A stretch of DNA of 64,000 bases, taken from contig JBNZDD010013408.1 in the NCBI GenBank assembly GCA_050575255.1, positions 128,599 to 192,598 of the forward strand, in the 5' to 3' direction. This document shows positions 13,462-25,100 of the stretch, piece by piece. A model generated the notes under the pieces. That model was not told the DNA's origin, ran no database searches, and was given only the letters and a program-made list of their open reading frames with translations. A program made the translations under genes and the position numbers. The stretch comes from Harriotta raleighana. Lineage: Eukaryota. How positions within the stretch are numbered: the first letter of the stretch is position 1; the number at the start of each line of letters is the position of its first letter.

Positions 13462-14877
13462 GTGAGTGTTGGGAGTTGGTGTGAGATTGATGTGGAGTTC
13501 CTGCAATCATTTGATCTGCCAGTAATGAACCCTGAACCCTGAGACAATAGAATCAGTTTGGTGACACTCCCAAGTGAAAACAATTTAAATACCGTGTTAA
13601 AATTCTATAAAAGAATATGTTTCTGTGCCCTAACATATTTTGCATGTTCTAGACATTGACCATTTTTACATCAAATCAATTTTCATCCTCCAGCCCAAGC
13701 CGTTGCTTCTGACTTCACCGTTGACTTTACAATTGTATTAAATTAGCTTGACTAGCTTCTCAAAACAAGTGAACGCAATACTGAAAGGCTTCACGAGGAA
13801 TAAGAAAAAACGCAAACTGCAGCCAATTTACAGACAAATTAAGCCTCCCAATCCACTTTATGCCTTTTGGCCTGTCTGTTGTCAAAACGTTAATGTCCAA
13901 ACCCTATTCGCCGCAGGACCATAAGAAAATCAGTTCTCCATCAAATAATTTTAAAATTATGCATACACGAATGTTTTTAATGCGACTAAATTACATAGTG
14001 CTGCAAAAACACGAATGGTGTATGTATGAAAATAGCACTTGCTGTTCCTGTTGCACACTCCACTTAAAGCCTCAGGGCAACTCACTCACTGAGTATGCCC
14101 CAACGCTGACATCACAAGCTGAATAGATCTTGAAAGCTTATTGCCATGGGAATCACCACTTGCATTATGTAAGCGTTCAGTAAAATAAATCAGTCTATTA
14201 TTGTACGGGCGAAGATCTGCACAAATGACAAAAGCAAAGGTGGCATTGAGCATTGTGCTAAATCACTGTCAGTGTAGTTTTTTTATTAATACTTTTAAGA
14301 CGAGGAGTTTTTCATTTAGAAGAATTTTATCTGAAGTAAATAGGTCTTTCTGTCTGGCCGCATTCCTACTTTGGATTAGATGACAACTGTATTTTTTGGC
14401 TTTGTGAATAATCTTTCGCCCATTCCTTCTTTTCATTGATGTAAGCAAATATTCTTGGCTCATGGCACTTTACAGATTATATGACACTGGCACATGCATA
14501 TTTTGAAGATCTTGTCATTCTGCAACTTTTGGCAGCAGAGCAGTACTTATTTAGACTTGCTTCTAATTTGATTCTTGACTGATTTTAGACTTCATTTCTG
14601 TTCATGGGGAGTGAACAACCTACCCAAATATGTAACTTCAAGTAACTGTTTGGTAAACAGATTTTTAGGAAGCATTGCAAATGAAGAGGCTTTTTTTAAA
14701 AAAAAAAGCCCTTTTAGAGCAGAATTCTAGTAACCACGTTCCAATTTTCAATCGGCATTTCTGTATGTTGAAATGAATCAGATGCATTTAGGAATTTTAT
14801 TTCAGGAATTGGCAATGGTAATGACCTAGAAATATTTTCATTCTTCTCTTGAATGATATGATTACCAAAACACAGTA

Positions 14878-15505
14878 CAGTAAAAGCCCGTCTATCCAGC
14901 CTCCACGGGACCTGGCCAGTGCCGGTTAAACGGCTTTTCAGTTGAATGTTTTTAAAAAAAAAATAAAAAAAAATATTTTAACACATACATATTAATAATA
15001 GACTAAGTAATAACAGATAATAATGGAATTGTATGGGTATTTTATTGTAAATGTTGTACACTGTACCATATAAATAATACACTAAATACAGTAATAACAG
15101 AGATTGTAGTAACAGAATATTGTATGGCTACTTTATTGTAAATTTTGTACGCTACTATATAAATGATAGACGAAATGCACTAATATCAGGTACTATAATT
15201 ACAGAATATTGTATTAGTACTTTATTATTTATACTTAACTTCTGCAATGGCGGCCACCACGGGAGGAAAACAAAATGGCAGCGAGACTTTTAAACAAAAA
15301 ACAAGGCAGTAGCACTAAAGTCTTAGGCTCGACTTGCGGCCAACTGATATACCTACACAGTATTCGTGTGCGACCATCGATTCATTAAATGCGTCAATGC
15401 TATTCTGCCGGATAACTTTCGGTTTATCGAATCTGGACTTTTTTTGAGGTGCCGGTTCAACGAGTTTTCCGGTTCATCGAGTCATGGATGAATAGGTTTT
15501 TACTG
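14878..15505. mobile_element. Tc1/mariner superfamily (Tigger/pogo-like) non-autonomous DNA transposon (MITE)
   Basis: TA|cagtaaaagcccgtctatcc ... ggatgaataggtttttactg|TA: imperfect 20-bp TIRs with CAGT ends and TA target duplication; no transposase ORF. Confidence 0.8.
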
Positions 15506-16794
15506 TACATTATATTATTTTCCTCTCACATCTCCCTCTTGCAACAATCCCTCGCTTTACTGCTGAAAATGATATGTACTTTTTAATCTTAAGGATATGT
15601 CAGTAACTATCACTGGACAGATAGCTGAGTTGGCATGATGTAGAAACTCTCAGTAATTAAATTTGGAGGGTTTGCCAGTATTCCCACCAGTAAGAGCTTT
15701 GCTGGCCAACCTCTGGGGCCACTTCAAGCCTTTGGGACTTTCAAGAACAACAACAACTTCGATTTATATAGTGCCCTCCACGCCAGCAATTGAACCCTCC
15801 ACCCCGAACATTTGCATTAGTATAATAATAATTACATTTGATGTAGCGCCCTAACACATTGTTGAGACATCGCAAAGCACTTCATAGAATATACTGTAAA
15901 GTGTAGTGACTGTGTGTAGGTAGTGTGTTTCAGTTTTTTTCTTGATTAAATATTTGATTATGGTATAAATCAAGCAATATTCAATGAAGAAAATTAATTT
16001 TGCTGACCAACCACTTAGTTAGGGAGATGCGTTTAGTTTGAGGTGCCCATGAAACAAGAAATAATTTGATATACATAGGGATTTTGTAACTGACTTAGTG
16101 AGGGAGTGGCAATAGCAAAACGTACATCTTTATGTGATATTATTGATAAAATTGCACTGCAATCTTCACAGCGTAAAATGGTTCAATCTGAATTTGAACA
16201 GTTTCAATCTGAATTGGAACAGTTTGGAAATCTGATCAGAGTACTTCTATCCATGCTGACCTATTTTCTGACAATGAAATATAGATTATCACTCCACAAC
16301 CCCACATTGCTTCAGTCTTAATTAATCTCACTTGTGCATCAAGTGTGCGAATGTCATGGCTGTCGCCATTTGCTATGTCAAAGGAAAGGAATGGAACTCC
16401 CCCACCATCTCTCGAGTATATATTTGTGAAAGGACACAAGGGAATAACTTAAATTTTAAGATTCTTGTAATAGTCATATTTTAAAATAGCTGACCTTTCA
16501 ATGACATTTCTGGTAATCATCCTACAACATTCTATGCTTTTCTACTTGAGAGTTTATTTTACGTTTAATTATATCCATTGTATATTTATTCTTGTTCTTT
16601 TTTTCTTTTGTTTCTCAATTAAAACATTTTTTTTCTGCCATACGTGTCCATCCACATTTAATTGCTTTTGCCCTTTAAGGCACATTGTTTTACGTTGGTC
16701 TTTTTGCTGATTCTCTCATTTTCTTTTATGTTCCATTGTGTCTTGCTAATAATTCTGTACAGTATTCTCAAAATGTTCTTCTCACTTTTCACAG

Positions 16795-16934
16795 GATTAT
16801 GTGCAGGCTCTGACTGGATTGTGCTATGATGGCGTCGAGGGTCTAATATATTTGGTTCTGTTCTCCTTCGTAACTGCCCTAATGTTCAGTTCGATTGTAT
16901 GCAGTGTTCCTCACACCTGGCAACACAGCAAAAG
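16795..16934 (+). CDS. TTYH3: TTYH3 coding exon 11 (last transmembrane helix)
   Basis: tcacag|GAT...AAAAG|gtacat; 140 bp; DYVQALTGLCYDGVEGLIYLVLFSFVTALMFSSIVCSVPHTWQHSK(R). Confidence 0.96.
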
Positions 16935-16938
16935 GTAC

Positions 16939-17280
16939 ATAAAAAACCTGTACATTTGATTATAGTCTTCGAGACTTCTCAAAGCACTTCACAGAATATA
17001 CTGTACAGTGAATTGACTATGTTTTGTGGCCAAATGCGGCAGCGAATTGCACGCAGCAGTGTCCCACATACAGTGGTGGATTGAGTTATCAAATGGATCA
17101 TTACCTCCGGAAAAACGATCCACTAATCGACTAACAACCAGGTTCCTACTTACTGCTAGGTAAATAGAAGTGTGTGTAGTGTAAGGAAACTTCCCCAATG
17201 TTTTGCCCATCCTGGGAATCTAACCCAGGTCCTCTCGTTTGTGAGACGAGTGCTCTAACCACTAAGCTACAGAACTCCAC
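16939..17280 (-). mobile_element. SINE of the same family immediately after the exon 11 donor
   Basis: Tail remnant starts at about +5 of the intron; ctcaaagcacttcacagaatatactgt; head ...ctctaaccactaagctacagaactccac. Confidence 0.85.
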
Positions 17281-18435
17281 AATAAAATAAAATGAACCTC
17301 ATATTATGAGTTGTTTTATGCTGTGAAGTTAATGCATGACTCATTCTGTTGCAAGCAGCATAAAGTACAATTACCCTGCTGACAATGCAAATTCACTGCC
17401 TGGTGTGAAACTGAACTAGCTAAACAAGGCAGAAGTGAGTCAGCTGCTTTCTTTTCCTCTATCTAGATTACAGAGGAGGACACGGAGGGGCGAGATTCAA
17501 TTTTTCTCATTCTTGGTTGTGTTCCAGGGGTTTATCATAAATTGGTTTGGACGAAGAGGCCCTTTGACCCATCTGCTCTCACCCTCTAGAACACCCAGCC
17601 TACTTTTTCTCCTAGCGTTGCACCAAACTGATTTTTAAATGACTGAAACTATGATTAGAAGTTGGGTGAAAACCAATCCGACTGTTTCAAGGCTGTGTTT
17701 AATTTTCCTGGAATATCAAGAATACGTTTTTCAAGGCTTTTGCTTCGGAAACACAATCTTAAACATGTTCTGATTAAAAGGCTGGGAACAGACTGTGCAA
17801 AATAAAAGAACCTAATGCAAGCCGTAGTGCAAGGTTACAGCCTGTGTAGCACTGTCTTCTAGTGGCTGCTATTTGCCATTGCATTTTGTCAATTCCCACT
17901 AACGATTTTAGGTTCGATTAGTTTTACAGTTTACAACGATTTTTAAAAATTCCTCAATAGAACTACAGTATTTGCATATTTTTAAATCAGTGCAACATTT
18001 TGAAAGAGCCAGTTTGGAAACAAAAGTCGTGAAAATAAATTTGTTTAGTTTTTGACTGTTTCCTCATTTTTATCATGTTTCTGCATTTTGCACCCTTTCA
18101 CTTCACTGGATTTGGGTGAATGCAATCGTGGGGGAAACTGAAGGAACATGTTCTCGCAGTAGAAATAGTTCTCTCAGCCCCATGGGGAATGATAAATCAG
18201 TTGCTATCCTTACAGTAACACAGCGCCATGTAGACAACACCATGCTAATACTCCAGCACATTTTTGTTCAAGGTGAAACAGCAAAATTTACCAATTGAGG
18301 TGTTTCCTTATGGTCTTATCCCTTTGCTAAATTGGCAAGTGTCAGTACAGAATGCATTTGCTCAACTAAAGAGTTCTCTCCAGCTTATCCTAACGATGCC
18401 TGTTTTTTTTTTCTCTCTCCCTCCCATTTGTGAAG

Positions 18436-18618
18436 GGGTCACGGTGACGTCGATGGAGAGGAGGAAATTGGGACTGCACAGGGGAGCCGTCACCAGCATG
18501 ATAATCTGTACAGAGTGCACATGCCCAGCCTGTACAGCTGTGGGAGCAGTTTTGGCAGTGAAACCAGTATTCCTGCCGCAGCGCACACAGTCAGCAATGC
18601 TCCTGTCACGGAGTATAT
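18436..18618 (+). CDS. TTYH3: TTYH3 coding exon 12
   Basis: gtgaag|G...TATAT|gtaagc; 183 bp; GHGDVDGEEEIGTAQGSRHQHDNLYRVHMPSLYSCGSSFGSETSIPAAAHTVSNAPVTEY. Confidence 0.95.
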
Positions 18619-18789
18619 GTAAGCAACCGCAACGCGTTCGTTCTTCATTTGTTTTCTTTTTCCCCCCGCACTGGCAATAGATGACCAACCAAAAACAAGA
18701 CTAAAAATTAGAGCTATTAAAAAAAAATGACATGTTCAAAATTGGGTGCTTTTGGTTGTGATATTCTGATTTGTAGTGTAGCCTCAAAT

Positions 18790-18960
18790 CATCGCAGAAA
18801 CAGGAGGAGGCCATTCAGCCACTCGAGTCTGTTTTGCCATTCTATAAGATCATAACTGATCTGTACCTCAAGTCCAATTACCCGTCCTTGCCCATATCCC
18901 TTCATATCCTGACCTCACAAATATCCACCTCAGTCTTGAAAATGTGAATGGATGCAGCAT
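18790..18960 (-). mobile_element. CR1 LINE 3' end fragment
   Basis: aaacaggaggaggccattcagcc...gccattctataagatcataactgatctgtacc is the reverse complement of the CR1 3' UTR seen elsewhere in the window. Confidence 0.75.
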
Positions 18961-19201
18961 CTTTTAAGTGATTGCAGACTGTAGCTTAACTTTGGTGTGT
19001 GAGCAGTGAGCATCAAAAACTATGTTTAATTTCATTCCCAGGATTGTATAATACAAACTGGCTTAATTCAGTAATTCATGTAGTTTAATAAAAATGTATA
19101 GCTAAGGAGTTCTAGTTCTGTTTCGATCTAAAGCTATCCCAGTAGCACCATCTTCCAAAGACTTGCACTGATCTTAAAGTTTCTCCCTCTAAATTATACA
19201 G

Positions 19202-19277
19202 GAGCCAGAATACAACTTATCAGAACCCTCGGTGTGAGAATACACCTCTGATCGGCAGAGAATCTCCTCCCCCTTCT
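19202..19277 (+). CDS. TTYH3: TTYH3 coding exon 13
   Basis: atacag|G...TCT|gtaagt; 76 bp; (M)SQNTTYQNPRCENTPLIGRESPPPS. Confidence 0.96.
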
Positions 19278-22093
19278 GTAAGTTAAATCTTTTTACTGTT
19301 TGTTTTTATGCAGAATATTGATTTGACTACAATACACGCACCTCTTTTGGAAAACCATGCGTTTGTGTTCCTATGGTCATGATCAATAAGGGTCATTATA
19401 TCTGAAATGTTTTTTCTCGAATGAATCCTACATCAGTTAGCTGGCAGCTATGAGTTTTCGTTTGCTTGTCCTGCTGCTGGGAATTTTATGCAGACCTTCA
19501 GATTTTTGAAGACCATGGTGATGTTGTCTTCTGGTGAAGGGATCATTTATATTGAAACACATCTCTGAACTGTGCTGGCTGAGGATATTCTGACAGCACC
19601 ATCTCTAAAGAAGAACCAAACGAGTACCATTCACCACTCTCATAAAAATATGAATCTTAGCAGAACAAACACAAAACTACCAGAGTTTTGTTATACAGAA
19701 ACAGTGTCTGGTCCACCATAATCTTGATGTAATGTGTGGTCTCCTTCTGTAGAAGAACCACATAAAACTGTCTTCATCACACACCACACTACAAAGAACT
19801 CTTTGTATGGCTCCAAATGACCTCTGTATGGAGGGGTCTAGTGTATGCTGGTAAGTGTTGTATTATTTTATTGCCCACAACTTTTGATACAGATTCTGTT
19901 TACATTTTTACGTCTTCCGTGTACTGAGACATTAAATACTATAAGCATTATTTCTACTTAATCCTTTGAGTACAGTGAAGTATTTAGCACCATTCTAATG
20001 GTTAAATTCAAGGCGATTAGAAAGCTTCAGCTCAGAAGCCACTTGCACATCTCTGGGATAATTAAATAGAGTTTCTTTTAAATACTGAAATGTACAGCTA
20101 CTACACCTCATTCCAAGACTACTGTTGTTAATGTTGAGCTGAAGGAACTCAAGTTATATGCAAAAGGGAAACCTTTCTAAATTCAAGGAATGGTTTTAAA
20201 CAATGTAATTGGATTTGTTCTTAATGTTGATATTTTGTTTGCAGAATATGATTCCTGAACAATCATTCTTTATGTGCGGTTGCTATCAACTTTGTTGTAA
20301 CATGTAACTCAATTGAGCTGTCATGCATTTGTTTTAAAACAACATAAAATGATTTAAATGTGCTAACTATCTAAAATAATAATAATGTTTTTTTTTAACC
20401 TCTGGAAACTTATGAATCAAACCATAAAACAATGAAAGACTGAGAAATGTTTAAACCATTTGTTGTCAGTCCCACTTTGCTAGCCAAACAAAAAATTATT
20501 TTGAGATAACCAGATGGTGGTAAAGGGTTAAATCATGTCTGAATGTCTTTAATGAAGAGCTGCTGTGTTGTGTATTCCTTGCATTTTGTAATGGGTTAAC
20601 CTGACAATGTGGGAACCAAAATCCATCTTTTCTGATTCGGGTTTGCACACTTCAAAACTACCTATGGCATTGGCATTTTTGGATATGAGAACTGCTTTGT
20701 ACTTGCAATGAAAATCAGGACATTGCATTTTTAAGACACTTCATTTTATTTTAGCATTTTATAATTGATTTTCCTCTTCATCTTCTAGTTTATTTTAGAC
20801 TCCTGTTCGATCTGCTTTCCCCCCACCCCCCCCCATTATCTCTGCCTATCGCTATTTTATTTTTTTACTTTGACCCATCTTATTGTTTCTGTCCATATTT
20901 TGCACGATTTCCCAGGACTCTGCGAGTTCATAGATACCGTGTAGTACATAAGTCTTCAATTGAGCTGTCATGCATTTGTTGAAATGACTTCCAGTAAGTG
21001 TCTCTGCGGCTCTCTGTATTGATCGTGATTCGTTTGAAAAAGCAGGCGAGGCACTGCTGAGCGACATTTACTGCCTGTGGGAAATGTCATGGTTACTTTT
21101 AAAGTGTTGTTTCTTATTTTGCTCAGTTCGAGACACTGGTATAATGTATTATTGGGGAATATTGAGACTCTATTATCCAGCCTCTTAAGTTTAAATTGGC
21201 AGTTTCCTTCCCACACTGTGACGTTAACTTACTTTATATTAAAAAAAAGCCTAACAGCATTGTGATTCATGAGCTTGTGCAGGTCAATGTGAAGAAAATA
21301 TTCTATACCTACAAATATGTATGGGTCCTGGTGGTTTAAAAAATTGTCCAGTTGCAAGTGATGTGTAGAAAGAAGCCATAATTAATCCCTTTAAACACCC
21401 AAACCTGGGTCAGTTTGAAGTTCCTTTAGTTTCCAGATACTCAATGTTATTGCTTTGGAACAAAATTGTTTGTGCATTTTAATATGGTAAAAAGCACTCT
21501 GGTTTAATATAAAGAGTTAAGATTACGAGCAGATATTTGAAAAGACGGGAGCACAAAACCGTGTTTCTTTCAATGGACATTTTCAGCAAAAAAACTTACT
21601 TTTGTGGACGGATTTTACACTGGGAAAGAAGCAAAAACTGTTCTCTTCATTATTTTGCAATCTTGAAAATAAAAATGGAATGTACGGAACTTAATAATGA
21701 ATTTTTAGGTGCATTTTTGTTTTATTAAACAGAAATATTTGACCTTGAATTATTTTCAGCTGTGGGGCATAATTCTGCAGTCCTCAAAGGGTTAAACTCC
21801 GTTTCATTAGCTGTTAACAAGTCATACACTTATAATGTTAACAAATCAGAGAAAATAAAAAATTATATTTTCGAAAGTGGGTGGGTTTAATATGATGAGT
21901 GTTTTAATGGTGTACATTGTTCTATATCAAAATATTTCTAGAGATTGTGTTGCTCCTAATTGTTCCTGTGTTCCCTCCTTCTGTCCTGGGATTGTCCCTG
22001 GGTGTTTTTGTGGGTTGTGCTCCCCTTTACACTTGCTTGCACTGGATTTATCTTTGAGGCTGCACTCTATTTCTCTCTCTTGCAATGCCACAG

Positions 22094-22180
22094 CTGTATT
22101 TGGCTGCTCTGGACAGTGGCAGTCATCTGAGCTGGCAGCCAAAGACCTGCGACAGTGCGAGAACGAATTCTTACTGGTAA
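22094..22180 (+). CDS. TTYH3: TTYH3 candidate alternative C-terminal exon (coding part; exon may extend to a donor after 22202)
   Basis: tttctctctcttgcaatgccacag| acceptor, phase 0 after exon 13; LYLAALDSGSHLSWQPKTCDSARTNSYW*; resembles a mammalian TTYH3 isoform tail as I recall it (not verified). Confidence 0.8.
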   Translation: MYLAALDSGSHLSWQPKTCDSARTNSYW

Positions 22181-25100
22181 AGAAGGCAGCAAACCAGAAC
22201 AGGTACTGAAACATGGCTTTATATCCCATTCCCTACTGCTTTAAGTTTCTTAAAGTATTCACTCCTACTAAAGAGCACAGTATTCCGAATAATACCCTTT
22301 CCCCACTGTCTGATTCTCCTAAAATAGACACTATCCTCTTAAACAGCACAGCATTTTGAATTGCTGCTAGAACATGGCATTAAACTGCATTCCATGCTAT
22401 TTCTTATTCCTTAAGAGTATTTTCTGAATAAACGTGGTTTAATTTCTCCATTGCTTCGAGCTCCCTAAATCCTGCACCATGTTAAATAGCAAAATACCTG
22501 AATATTACAGTATTCTAGCATTGAAAAATGATGTTCCATATTCTACCAGTGATGTCACAACTTATTGTACGTGAATACGTACTGTACCATGGAACCATAG
22601 ATAAGTTGATCCTAATCTGGGATGTGCTATTTCAAAATGCCGATTAGACCAGTGCAAATAGTTGCACTGACAAGTACTTTTTAAGTACATTCTTTCACTG
22701 AAATAAGTTTATACAATAGTTTGAGAAGTGGCCAAATTAGTGTTATGCAATTATCAAACTTTGTCGTTTTGATGTTTGAGGTTTCAAACTATCTCGACTG
22801 CTCAAATGTTTTCAATGTAATTTCAATATTTCTTGTAATAAATCCCATAGAAAAAGTATTACAATTACAGTACTAGCCTTTTCATATGAATTTTTGAAAG
22901 AAAAAATGTGACGAATGGCATTTCCACTATGTTATTTTAAAGCTGGATTTTTAAAATGGCACATTTTTGAAGGTACAATTATTGTGACATCCCTGTTATT
23001 TATCTATTGTGTTCAGTCCTTAGATAAATGCATCCAGCTGAACACAATAATCACCCTTTTCAATGGTCACTAAAGCATGGCTTTAATACTTTGAGCACCA
23101 CAGTCACCTTTTTGCACCAGAATGAACAATATTTGATTTGATTTTTTTTTCAGCTTGCTGAAAGAATGCTCTGAAACATTCTGTGCTTCCATATGCTTTT
23201 CTGATTGTTATGGCAAGAAACATCATATTTATTGCTATTTCATGATGGAAAATAGATGTGTATTTTCAAAGCTGTATTACAAATTCAGTACATTTTAAAG
23301 ATTCATCTCCCATTAGCAATGCTTTAGATTTCCTCAGATAAATGCTGTGCTGAAATTCATAGTGTTTCAATTAGTTCAGAAAATGTGCTTTTGATCACTA
23401 ATTACCATGTATCTTATTATTAAACATACTCGTTTATACAATAAGTCATGCCATTGCATTTTTCTGATATTTTCTTCATCAGTGAGAATATTGGTTCAGT
23501 TTGCAATATTTACAGATCGTTTTGTTGCCTTTATTGCAACTTCTGATTTGCAAATATTCAACTGCAAAATCAGCAGCCGGCAAATTCCTACCATGAATCT
23601 ACATTTATATTTTACTGTAATAAGGTAACTTCAGGAAGTTATTTTCCTGTATTTAGTTGTGAAATATGAATACAGGATGGACATTGTTTGTGTGTTTAGA
23701 CTTTGGTGTGGATGTGAGATTAAAGCTACAGTTGTTTTGGTTACATTTTGAGTTCATACACTGTTTAGTCTTTAACACAACCCTTTAACATTCTGCTGAT
23801 TCCGTAAGTGGACCTTTTTTTTCCTTCCTGTGATCTGGAATCTTGTTCTGTATCTGTGCTCTTAACGTCTCAGAAGATTTGTGATACAGGAAATAAGGCT
23901 TTACTGCTACCAGAAATACAAATAACCTGTGCTCTATTGTCTCTCATAAGGCAGGTATCAGTCATGATCAATTAGAATAGTGGACATGCTTGAGGGGCTA
24001 AACGGCCTAATCTTGTTTCTATTGTGCCATGGATTGGTAGATAGATTGTGTATAAAAGTATGTTTTATTTACAGGAAACATTTTCAGGAAGCACTTAAAG
24101 GCAAGCGATCAAACATAGTTCAGCAACATTCAATTTTATAACTTCTCCAAAGGTTCAGTTGTCCAGATCAAACTCGTAGTCCTAAATTAGGTGTCTTTCA
24201 AAATCTTCAGCGGTTGCTTGGCCAACTCGGAGTCACCGTAACCAGCTTTTATTGAATTGGTGGTGAATCCTGGAGTTCACTTGGAACAAAACAGAAATGG
24301 GATCCTGTTTTATGTTTCTTGTTTATAAACCTCATAGGATGTTATTATTCAGTTCAAACTACAGAGTCAATTTGGTGGAATCCAATTAACAAACCTTCAA
24401 GTCAATCAGTGTAATTTCAGATCCTGTGCAAGGCAGTTTAAATACAAAGCAATCCACTTTGTCCTAAAGTCCTTCAACAAACATTTCCTGGATAAATTAA
24501 TGTCTGGTTACACTTTTATAGGAATCTTTACAAAGTGTTATGCCTTTACTGTTTTCATTCTGAAACATTCCTTCTAATTTTTTTTACAATAAGATTAATT
24601 ATCTGTGCACTTTAATTAAACTATAACATATTGGGAGATAAAATTTCAAAGGTGGGGTGAATTTCTAAAGTGTGTGTATGGTTATATTCATTAATCTTAG
24701 CTTTTTAATGTCAATTTGATTTTACCCATCGTAAACTGGACCTACAGGTAAACCAGTAAACAAACAAAATGGAAAAATCTTAAGAGCTGAACAGTTTGGC
24801 TCTTCATTTACTGTAACTGTTTACTGATATGGCAGCTGGTCTGTTGGGTAATTCAAAACCTTTGTCGTGAATAGGTGTTGTGTTGAATGGTGTGCAGGGT
24901 TAGGCTGGCTGCTTAAGGACTTTCCTCTACCTTCCTATTTTTCAAGCTACAGTATTAGCAACTTGAGAAAATTAAATTAAAAAATTACCGAAATGTATAT
25001 CTACAACAACTTGCATTTATTTAGTGGGTAATGTCTTGAAGCGCTTCATGGGGATTCAATGGCAGTGGTACTATTGAATGCATCCTGCTTCCATTTATCT

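Noticed and set aside
17435-17638. ORF with an in-phase acceptor (atctag| at ~17466) in intron 11
   Set aside because: No convincing donor and no Tweety similarity; exons 11 and 12 already join in frame
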